A stretch of 32,000 nt of DNA from Methanosphaera stadtmanae DSM 3091 (GTDB taxonomy: Archaea; Methanobacteriota; Methanobacteria; Methanobacteriales; Methanobacteriaceae): contig NC_007681.1 of NCBI RefSeq assembly GCF_000012545.1, forward strand, positions 1,410,001 through 1,442,000. The letters are read 5' to 3'. Under the pieces are notes generated by a model. The model searched no databases, was not told where the DNA came from, and worked only from the letters and a program-made list of their open reading frames with translations. Positions 9,510-16,879 of the stretch are shown piece after piece. Position 1 is the stretch's first letter, and the number at the start of each line of letters is the position of its first letter. The position numbers and the translations under genes were made by a program.

Positions 9510-10306
9510 TGGTAAATGTAATCTCTGAAGTTTCTAAAGAAAAAGTATTTGATTTATTAAATCAGGGAAAAAGAATTGATGATAGAAAATTTAGTGAATA
9601 TAGAAATATTTCCATAAAAACCAATTATATTGGAAAGGCTGATGGTTCTGCAATGGTGTCTATTGGTTGTACTACTGTGATTGTTGGAGTTAAAGCTCAA
9701 ATGACAACACCATTTAATAATGCTCCAAATAGTGGTATTATCATAACAAATACTGAGTTACTTGCCATTGCAAGTCGTAATTTTGAATATGGCCCTCCAA
9801 ATAAATTTGCTGTTGAAATATCACGCGTTGTAGATAGAGCTATTCGTGAATCTCCTGTTGTTGATTTAGATAAATTATGTGTTATTGAAGGAAGTAAATC
9901 ATGGAAGTTACATATTGATATGTATATTGTTGACTTTGATGGAAATATTATGGATGCGGCATGCCTTGGAGCTATTTGTGCACTTTTAACAACAAAAATT
10001 CCTACAGCAACCAGTGTAAATGGTGAGATTGTTATTGATGAAGAAAATTTAACTCCCCTTCCTATTAAAAATAGAAGTATTTTATGTACAGTTGTGAAAA
10101 TCAACAACCAGTTAATTGTTGATCCTTCAAAAATTGAGGAAATATTAATGGATTCAAGTGTATCATTTGGATTTAGAGAGGATGGTAGTTTATGTGCCCT
10201 TCAAAAATGTGGTCTTAATACATTAACACATAAGGAAGTTACAAAAGCTATGAAGATTGCAAGTATTCGTGCAAAAGAATTATTTTCTATAATTGATACT
10301 ATATAA
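9509..10306 (+). CDS. rrp42: Exosome complex subunit Rrp42 (RNase PH-like, non-catalytic)
   Basis: R.DDR...YR...I......ADGSAMV pattern, 265 aa, with a 1-nt overlap with rrp41. Confidence 0.9.
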   Translation: MVNVISEVSKEKVFDLLNQGKRIDDRKFSEYRNISIKTNYIGKADGSAMVSIGCTTVIVGVKAQMTTPFNNAPNSGIIITNTELLAIASRNFEYGPPNKFAVEISRVVDRAIRESPVVDLDKLCVIEGSKSWKLHIDMYIVDFDGNIMDAACLGAICALLTTKIPTATSVNGEIVIDEENLTPLPIKNRSILCTVVKINNQLIVDPSKIEEILMDSSVSFGFREDGSLCALQKCGLNTLTHKEVTKAMKIASIRAKELFSIIDTI

Positions 10307-10428
10307 TAACAAACTATATATTATATGATTACTAAAAATATTATATAGTTATATTATAAGGATAATAGATTTTAGGTGTCTATTAGTTTAATTCCGAAAT
10401 AATATTATTTTTTAAGCTAATTATTAGA

Positions 10429-10455
10429 AGTAAGGCATATTGCCGTTACTTTTTT
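10429..10455 (+). terminator. GC-containing hairpin plus T6 in the rrp42-rpl37ae gap
   Basis: AGTAAGGCA (10429-10437), loop TAT, then TGCCGTTACT (10441-10450). This is a 9-bp stem with one bulged C. It runs straight into T6 (10450-10455). Confidence 0.45.
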
Positions 10456-10617
10456 AGTTAATGAATACAAAAGTGAGTACATATTAAAATAACATTTTAT
10501 AGGTTTTTGTTATTATTAATTAATTCTCAAAAAAAGTTATTATCTATCAACAAAATCAGAGTATTTGTAGAAAGATAACATGATATTTTTAATATTAACT
10601 GAATGGAAGGTGAAAAA

Positions 10618-10887
10618 ATGGTAAAAAAAAGTAAAGTAGGATCTACTGGTCGTTTTGGTGCTAGATATGGTAGAAAAGCTAAAAGAACCGTAAAAGACAT
10701 AGAAGACAAAATGCATGCAAAACATGTTTGTCCTAAATGTGATAGACCTGGTGTAAAAAGAACCCATGCAGGTATCTGGAAATGTAGAAAATGTGGCGCA
10801 GTATTTACTGGTGGAGCATACATTCCTACAACACCAATGGGAAAAGTTGCAAAACGTAACATTAAACGTATAACTGGAGGAGAATAA
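10618..10887 (+). CDS. rpl37ae: 50S ribosomal protein L37Ae
   Basis: [11 protein letters not shown] plus the Zn ribbon CPKC...CRKC. GGTGA lies 5 nt upstream of the ATG at 10618, so the track start at 10603 is rejected. Confidence 0.95.
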   Translation: MVKKSKVGSTGRFGARYGRKAKRTVKDIEDKMHAKHVCPKCDRPGVKRTHAGIWKCRKCGAVFTGGAYIPTTPMGKVAKRNIKRITGGE

Positions 10888-10889
10888 GC

Positions 10890-11021
10890 ATGTACAAATG
10901 CATTCACTGTGGAAAAGAAGTTGATATTAAAACATATGCAGAATCTAAATGTCCATATTGCAGATACAGAATCTTATTTAAAGAAGTTCCTGTAGTTAAA
11001 CGTACTGTTAAAGCTCGATAA
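10890..11021 (+). CDS. rpoP: DNA-directed RNA polymerase subunit P (Rpb12 homologue), 43 aa; absent from the ORF track
   Basis: My own translation is [43 protein letters not shown]. It has the CxxC...CxxC Zn ribbon and YRIL motif. The ATG is 2 nt after the rpl37ae stop, the conserved position. Confidence 0.85.
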   Translation: MYKCIHCGKEVDIKTYAESKCPYCRYRILFKEVPVVKRTVKAR

Positions 11022-11039
11022 GTTATAAACTATTTTTAT

Positions 11040-11075
11040 AAGGGAGATATTTTAAATCTCCTTTATTATTTTAAT
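11040..11075 (+). terminator. Hairpin and T-rich tract after rpoP
   Basis: AAGGGAGAT (11040-11048) pairs imperfectly with ATCTCCTT (11056-11063). T-rich sequence follows. Confidence 0.35.
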
Positions 11076-11117
11076 TTTTATTTAAAGAAAAAACTAATTT
11101 TATAATGAGATTTTATT

Positions 11118-11636
11118 ATGATATTTACAATAAGTTCTAATTTAATTATTACAACAAGTAGAAAACCTTCCCAAATTACTAGAAGATTTGCTCAGTTTCT
11201 TAAACACTATTTTAATGCTACATATATTAATCGAGGAAAAACTAGTTTCAATAAGATAAAAAATCAGGTCCCTGATGAATCTAAGTTAGTTATTATTAAT
11301 GAAACTAAGGGTAACCCAAGTAGTATTAATGTTTATGATATTGGTATTGATTCTGAAAATCCATTGTATAGTTTATATGTAAATGTTTCATTACCACAAG
11401 AAAAATGTAATATCAATGTAGATAATGGTAATATTATTGTACTTTCTAAGACAAAATCATTAAATGAAATTACATCTAGGTTTATATCATTTAAACCTGA
11501 AAAAAAGGTGAAAACTAATTGTATCATTATAAAAGATGATGATAGAGAAGATATTATTGCAACAGTTTCATTTATTGATAAAAAAGGTATAGACACTAAA
11601 TATAAAGTATATATTAGGGGATTTAATAATAATTAA
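11118..11636 (+). CDS. Brix/Imp4-domain ribosome biogenesis protein
   Basis: LIITTSRKPSQITRRFAQFL....YINRGK is the archaeal Brix-domain N-terminal pattern. Conserved superoperon position. Confidence 0.75.
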   Translation: MIFTISSNLIITTSRKPSQITRRFAQFLKHYFNATYINRGKTSFNKIKNQVPDESKLVIINETKGNPSSINVYDIGIDSENPLYSLYVNVSLPQEKCNINVDNGNIIVLSKTKSLNEITSRFISFKPEKKVKTNCIIIKDDDREDIIATVSFIDKKGIDTKYKVYIRGFNNN

Positions 11637-11640
11637 TAAA

Positions 11641-11913
11641 ATGTGTGATTTGATGGATAATAAAAACATATTAAAGAATATTGAAACTATATTTGAAGTT
11701 GAATTTAATAGTGAAAACCATGCACAGATAATTTATAATTCAATTAAACCAGAGTTATCATTTTCACGTAACGATAGATCAACAACTACGATACAACTTA
11801 AAAATAAGAGTATTATTATTGAAATTAATTCAAAAGATGTTGTTTCTCTACGTGCTTCTATTAATTCTTATGTTCGTTGGATTAACTTATCAATGGAAAT
11901 CTTAAAAATATAA
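11641..11913 (+). CDS. pcc1: KEOPS complex subunit Pcc1
   Basis: About 85-90 aa. The C-terminal VVSLRASINSYVRWINLS matches the Pcc1 motif (ALRA..NS.LRW). An alternative start is ATG 11653. Confidence 0.7.
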   Translation: MCDLMDNKNILKNIETIFEVEFNSENHAQIIYNSIKPELSFSRNDRSTTTIQLKNKSIIIEINSKDVVSLRASINSYVRWINLSMEILKI

Positions 11914-12007
11914 AAGGAACATAAAAGATATATTATATTATTATTCATTCACATAGAATATAAAATTAGATTTATTTAATATAAAGAAAAAAATTTAGGT
12001 GATATAG

Positions 12008-12355
12008 ATGGATATGCCACAAAATATTCAAGAACAATTAAATCAATTCCAACAAGTACAACAACAAGCTCAATCAATTGCTATGCAAAAACAAACATTA
12101 ACTTTACAAATTAATGAGTCTAAAAAAGCTTTAGATGAATTATCAAAAACAGCAGATGATCAAGATGTTTATAAAACAGCTGGACCACTACTTATAAAAA
12201 CAACAAAAACTGATTCTGAAGCAGACTTAAAAGATAGTATTGAAATGCTTGAAATTAGACAAAAAACTATTGAAAAACAAGAAAAACGTATAACTGGTAA
12301 ACTTGAAGAATTACAAAAAAATCTTCAAGAAGCTATGAGTCAAATGAAACAATAG
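12008..12355 (+). CDS. pfdB: Prefoldin beta subunit
   Basis: Coiled-coil, beta-hairpin, coiled-coil layout (QLNQFQQ...VYKTAGPLLIKTTK...LEELQKNLQE). GGTGA SD sequence 5 nt upstream. Confidence 0.85.
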   Translation: MDMPQNIQEQLNQFQQVQQQAQSIAMQKQTLTLQINESKKALDELSKTADDQDVYKTAGPLLIKTTKTDSEADLKDSIEMLEIRQKTIEKQEKRITGKLEELQKNLQEAMSQMKQ

Positions 12356-12485
12356 ATTATAAATTCTTTTTATAAATCTATTTTTTTTATTATCCCCTCC
12401 TATTAATATAATGATAAAAATAATATTTTTATGTAAAATATATTTTAACTGATTTTTTGAATTTTTTATAAAGGAGATTTTTATT

Positions 12486-12752
12486 ATGAAACCACTGAAT
12501 GATTCTGAAGTAAATGAAATAATTAATTTAGCATATGATAGTTGTCAAAAGTATATTTTAAATTATGTAAATAAGAAGGACTTTGAGAATATTCAAATTA
12601 CTATTAATTTAAATACTACTAATGATAGTTTTAATATTGATATTGATATTGACTTAGATAGTGATATGAAACTACCTGAAAATTTAGCAAATAGTGCTAT
12701 TGATGTGGCCCTAGAAGCAGTTGATGAATATGTTGAAAATAGAAACAATTAA
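12486..12752 (+). CDS. Small acidic conserved archaeal protein (DUF3194-like), usually found next to pfdB
   Basis: AAGGAG SD sequence upstream, 88 aa. The family assignment rests on context and recollection, not on a motif. Confidence 0.5.
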   Translation: MKPLNDSEVNEIINLAYDSCQKYILNYVNKKDFENIQITINLNTTNDSFNIDIDIDLDSDMKLPENLANSAIDVALEAVDEYVENRNN

Positions 12753-12764
12753 GTTTTGATTTTT

Positions 12765-13475
12765 ATGATTATTCCTGTAATTGACATTATGCACAATGAA
12801 TGTGTTAGTGGAAAATCTGGTAGACGAAGTACTTATAAAAAATTAAGAAGTATTTATGGTGATAATCCATTAGATATTGCAACTGCTCTAAAAGAAGATG
12901 GTGCTCAACTAATATATATTGCTGATTTAGATAAAATTGAAAGGATAGATGATAATAACAATATAATATCTTCTATAAATAATATTATTCCTGTAATGTT
13001 AGATAATGGTATTTCATCTATTGAAGATATTGAAAATAATAAAAATATATGTAGTTACAATATATTAGCTACTGAAACTATGACAAGTCTTGACAACATA
13101 GAAGAAATATTTAAAAAGTATGATAGTAATAAGCTAGTTGTTAGTATAGATATTAAAAATAATGAGCTTCTTGTTAATAATAAGGATATTGATCTTGAGG
13201 ATGTAATTTATTTAATTAATAAGTATAAACCAAAATATACTATAATTCTTAATATTTCATATGTTGGAACTAAAAAAGGTGTAAATACTAATATAATAGA
13301 AGAAATTACTAAAAAAATACCCCACACAAAATGTTGTATAGCAGGTGGTATTAGAAATAGTGATATTGAAACATACACTAAAAAAAATATTAACAACTTC
13401 CTTATTGGAACATTACTTCATGAAGGTAATCTTAGTTATAAATTATATATGGAAAGTAAAAAAAATGAAAAATAA
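12765..13475 (+). CDS. HisA/HisF-family (beta/alpha)8 protein, paralogue of ProFAR isomerase (COG1411-like)
   Basis: MIIPVIDIM...V.GKSG.R..Y and LIYIADLDKIE resemble HisA-related barrels but diverge from canonical HisA. ATG 12765 is preferred over the track's TTG at 12756. Confidence 0.7.
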   Translation: MIIPVIDIMHNECVSGKSGRRSTYKKLRSIYGDNPLDIATALKEDGAQLIYIADLDKIERIDDNNNIISSINNIIPVMLDNGISSIEDIENNKNICSYNILATETMTSLDNIEEIFKKYDSNKLVVSIDIKNNELLVNNKDIDLEDVIYLINKYKPKYTIILNISYVGTKKGVNTNIIEEITKKIPHTKCCIAGGIRNSDIETYTKKNINNFLIGTLLHEGNLSYKLYMESKKNEK

Positions 13476-14364
13476 AATACTTACTATAGGTCCAATTACA
13501 AAAGATATTATAAAAACACCAACACAAACATATATTCAAACAGGCGGTGCATCATATTATCAGATGTGGACATTATATCAATTAAAAAAAGAAGCTACTG
13601 CAATTATTACAATAGGTATTTGTGATGTTGAAATGATTAATGATTTTCCAGAAAAAAATAACATAAAACCAATCATAACAACACAAACAATGGAATACAC
13701 AAACATATACAACAAACAGTTAGAAAGAACACAGAAAGCAAAACTTCCAAACAACCCAATAACACCCGAAAAAATAAGTGAAAAAATTAACATTAAAGAA
13801 TATGACACAGCCATACTTTCCCCATTATCTAAGAATGACATACCACCAGAAACAATAAAATATCTTAAAACAAACAATATAAAAATAATACTTGCACCCC
13901 AAGGATATTTACGTACAACAGATGATAATAACAACATAATAAGCAGTAAATGGGATGATAAAGAAAAATATCTTGAAAATGTAGATATAATTGCATTAGA
14001 TGAAGATGAAATGAAAACTGCATTTAATATTCAAGAAATCACAGATACAATTATCAAAGACATCATACAAAAATACAATTTAAACACGATAATTATGACA
14101 AAAGCAGAGAAAGGATCAAATATCTATACAAAAAATAAAAAAATAGAAATTCCAGCGATAAAAACCAAAAATAACATTGATGCCACAGGTCTAGGTGATA
14201 CATATATTGCAGCATACACTGCAAAACTAGATTCTAATAACATCTATGAAGCAGGATTATATGCCTCAATAGCATCAAAATTTAAATTAGAATCAAAAGG
14301 CCCTTTAAAAGTAGATGAAAAACTAATTCAAAAAGAATTAGAAAAAAGAATTATATTAAACTAG
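13465..14364 (+). CDS. PfkB/ribokinase-family carbohydrate kinase
   Basis: C-terminal nucleotide and anion-hole motif DATGLGDTYIAAY, and an N-terminal ILTIGPITKDI beta-strand. ATG 13465 overlaps the upstream gene by 11 nt. The track's 13345 start would run through the HisA-like CDS. Confidence 0.75.
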   Translation: MKNKILTIGPITKDIIKTPTQTYIQTGGASYYQMWTLYQLKKEATAIITIGICDVEMINDFPEKNNIKPIITTQTMEYTNIYNKQLERTQKAKLPNNPITPEKISEKINIKEYDTAILSPLSKNDIPPETIKYLKTNNIKIILAPQGYLRTTDDNNNIISSKWDDKEKYLENVDIIALDEDEMKTAFNIQEITDTIIKDIIQKYNLNTIIMTKAEKGSNIYTKNKKIEIPAIKTKNNIDATGLGDTYIAAYTAKLDSNNIYEAGLYASIASKFKLESKGPLKVDEKLIQKELEKRIILN

Positions 14365-14527
14365 TCAGGATAATAAATGGAAGCACAACTGCTAAAATAA
14401 ATAAAAATACACCTAATGTTGTATATGCTCTGTTATGATCTAAAACCCCTGAACATAAGAAAAATATTCCCATTACAGCTAATATAGTTGGAATAATTTC
14501 TGAATATACAATTACTGACTGTACCAT
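14351..14527 (-). CDS. Unannotated 58-aa hydrophobic protein with two predicted transmembrane helices
   Basis: My own translation is MVQSVIVYSEIIPTILAVMGIFFLCSGVLDHNRAYTTLGVFLFILAVVLPFIILTSLI. GGGAGGT (14541-14535) lies 7 nt upstream of the ATG. It falls below the track's size cut-off. Its 3' end overlaps the kinase 3' end by 14 nt. Confidence 0.45.
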   Translation of the reverse strand: MVQSVIVYSEIIPTILAVMGIFFLCSGVLDHNRAYTTLGVFLFILAVVLPFIILTSLI

Positions 14528-14618
14528 AACATTAACCTCCCTTCTAATTATTAAATAAAATCATTTCATTATAGTAATCTCTTATATTAAACAAATTATA
14601 TACAATTTTTAGATATAA

Positions 14619-15299
14619 CTACAATATCTTCATAATATCAGTTAAAGTATCAAGTTGTCTAACCTGATAATTTAATTGCTCAAGTTTCTTATTTTGTTCA
14701 TCAGTAAGTTTTGAATTAATAATCATACTCTGCATACCTGCATTATATGCACCCATAATATCAACATCAAAATTATTACCAACCATGATCGAAGTTCCCT
14801 TAGTTACATTCAATCTATCCATAGCTATTTGATATATTTTAGCATCTGGTTTTTCAACACCTACAGATTCAGATGTAACAATTTCATCAAAAAATGGATA
14901 AAGTCCTAAACGAATCAATTTTTCCCATTGTTTAAATTCTTTTCCATTAGTTATTAAACCAACCTTATAACCCTTACTTTTTAAATATAAAAGAATTGCA
15001 AAAGAGTCTGGTTGTAATTTTAACATTGCAAATTTAGTATTATGATATGTGATAATTCCATTTACAATAATCAAAGGATCTTCAGAACCATTAATATCAT
15101 TTGTTAAAATATTAAAATGTTTACTATAGTTAGAACCTTTTTCTCTAACAATTTCCATTAAATGTTCATAACCTTCCTCTTCACTACATTGTAGGCCATT
15201 ATGCACCATAGATTTAACTGCAGCTCTACGTGCAATAGAAGCAAAACCTGATGTATCATACAATGTATCATCCATATCAAAAAAAACTGCTTGAATCAT
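14619..15299 (-). CDS. HAD-superfamily subfamily IA hydrolase/phosphatase
   Basis: Motif I FFDMDDTLYDT, motif II LITNG and motif IV VGNNFDVDI. Confidence 0.85.
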   Translation of the reverse strand: MIQAVFFDMDDTLYDTSGFASIARRAAVKSMVHNGLQCSEEEGYEHLMEIVREKGSNYSKHFNILTNDINGSEDPLIIVNGIITYHNTKFAMLKLQPDSFAILLYLKSKGYKVGLITNGKEFKQWEKLIRLGLYPFFDEIVTSESVGVEKPDAKIYQIAMDRLNVTKGTSIMVGNNFDVDIMGAYNAGMQSMIINSKLTDEQNKKLEQLNYQVRQLDTLTDIMKIL

Positions 15300-15387
15300 A
15301 TAATATATATTATGAAGTTTAATTTATATATACATAGATGAAATTTAAAAAAAAATAAAAAGAGTGTTATAAAATCTTTCTACAATA

Positions 15388-16623
15388 TTATAACTTGAAT
15401 GAACCATCAAGAATAGCCTCTTTAAGATCATTTGCTATTTCAATAGCTCGTTTTTTATCAGATTGTCTACATGTAACAGGAATCTTTCTTAATTTATCTC
15501 CAGATTCAAATGATACCACACCTGTATTAATAATAGGTACTCCTCTTGGACATACAGTTGCACAATATCCGCAACCATAACATAAATCAGTATCCACAGT
15601 TTTATCCTTTTTAAATGCATTTACTGGACAATATATTTCCGGAAGACACGGAATACATTCAAAACAGTTTTCAGGATTTGTTGTTGGCCTATAATCAGTA
15701 TTATCCCATACACTATAATCAATTGTAGCTATAGGTAAATGTCTACCATGAATATCACATACAGGTAATGGAATATCCTTATTAAGTACTTTAAGATTGT
15801 TTAATATATCTTCATTAAGTACAGGAATTGGTATTGCAACTGAATCAAATACTTCTGGACCCATACCAGTTTTATAACCCCCAACATAATGTGGATCCAT
15901 ATCCTTAATATTAGCTGTTAATAAAAGATTTGGTTTATCAGAAGAACTTCTAGTACCATTATCAATAATAATACCTTCTGCACCATTTAATAACACTTTT
16001 AAACCAGGTTTTATAACATCTTGATTTGGATCATTTGCTAATGGATTTACATCACCACAACCCGAGAATGAATATGAATTAAATGGACCTTCCATTGGTG
16101 AAGCATTGAATATTGATTTTTGTGCATGAGAATCAGGATTAGTAAAGGAATTATAATTTTTAAATGCCATTCTTGTACCAAATAATCTAGCAGTACCAAT
16201 TTCATCAAGTGTAATTGTTTTAGTAAATTCATTGTCTTCAATATCAATAACTTTTACCTCTACTGACTTACCCATTATAAGATCCTTTAATAAAAATCCT
16301 CCACCATAATTATCAATAGTTTCACTATGATTTGTTCCATACAACATTACATCTACAGAACCTAATAATTCATTAGGACAAGGTCCAGGATATGCAGGTA
16401 TTCCATTGATATATACTTCTTTTGCTTTATTAAATTTTCCAGGTTCTGAAACTGGCATGTGGAATAATGCAGCTGTACCAGACATAATTCCACTAGTACC
16501 ACAAGTTACAACATCCACATCATCTACTGTAACTTCTTCATTATTACGTAGTTTAGTTTTTAATTCCTCTGCTGTTAACACAACAGCATCGTTAGAATCT
16601 AATTTTTCTTGAATATCTTTCAA
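15388..16623 (-). CDS. DUF39 (COG1900) sulfur-insertion enzyme fused to a C-terminal 2x[4Fe-4S] ferredoxin domain
   Basis: N-terminal AVVLTAEE...VDVVTCGTSGIMSGT is typical of COG1900. C-terminal CFECIPCLPEIYCP plus CYGCGYCATVCP (aa 320-360, nt about 15544-15666). The start is TTG at 16623; there is no in-frame ATG nearby. Confidence 0.8.
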   Translation of the reverse strand: MKDIQEKLDSNDAVVLTAEELKTKLRNNEEVTVDDVDVVTCGTSGIMSGTAALFHMPVSEPGKFNKAKEVYINGIPAYPGPCPNELLGSVDVMLYGTNHSETIDNYGGGFLLKDLIMGKSVEVKVIDIEDNEFTKTITLDEIGTARLFGTRMAFKNYNSFTNPDSHAQKSIFNASPMEGPFNSYSFSGCGDVNPLANDPNQDVIKPGLKVLLNGAEGIIIDNGTRSSSDKPNLLLTANIKDMDPHYVGGYKTGMGPEVFDSVAIPIPVLNEDILNNLKVLNKDIPLPVCDIHGRHLPIATIDYSVWDNTDYRPTTNPENCFECIPCLPEIYCPVNAFKKDKTVDTDLCYGCGYCATVCPRGVPIINTGVVSFESGDKLRKIPVTCRQSDKKRAIEIANDLKEAILDGSFKL

Positions 16624-16831
16624 TGTTTTTGTTATAATAACACCCCAAATTTATTTAATTACATAATAAAACTAAAGATAAAGTTCATGTTTTTAAGCCC
16701 GATTCCATAATTAAATAATATATCATCCATATTTCATTGAATAAATACTAAAATTTAATTTTTTTATAGAATTTATTTATAATCTTAATTATATTATATC
16801 TACTTTAAAAAAGTATAGCTAATAATAAATT

Positions 16832-16871
16832 AAAAAAAAAAGTTTTAAAATAAAAAAAAGTAGAAAAAAAA
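16832..16871 (-). terminator. Three oligo-T tracts after alaS
   Basis: On the minus strand: T8 (16871-16864), T8 (16859-16852) and T10 (16841-16832). They begin 9 nt after the TAA stop. Confidence 0.5.
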
Positions 16872-16879
16872 GAATTTAT

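Noticed and set aside
8774-10107. Minus-strand ORFs 8774-9154 and 9697-10107 (126 and 136 aa)
   Set aside because: They are antisense to rrp41 and rrp42, which have clear RNase PH motifs. They have no SD sequence and no recognisable domains.
10527-10907. 126-aa and 75-aa minus-strand ORFs
   Set aside because: They are antisense to rpl37ae and its upstream region. rpl37ae is unambiguous.
13345-13464. N-terminal 40-codon extension of the kinase ORF given in the track
   Set aside because: It would overlap 131 nt of the HisA-like CDS in another frame. The internal ATG at 13465 gives the typical PfkB N-terminal strand (KILTIGPITKD).
13578-13937. 119-aa hydrophobic minus-strand ORF, and the extreme A-rich, T-poor skew of the plus strand here (for example 35 A against 6 T in nt 13681-13740)
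   Set aside because: The skew comes from Lys/Asn/Thr/Gln/Glu-rich kinase coding sequence that uses ACA, AAC and AAA codons. The antisense frame is therefore Phe/Val/Leu-rich and stop-poor by construction. A similar skew in the LarE-like gene (about 29100-29800) has the same explanation. I do not treat it as evidence of foreign origin without genome-wide codon statistics.
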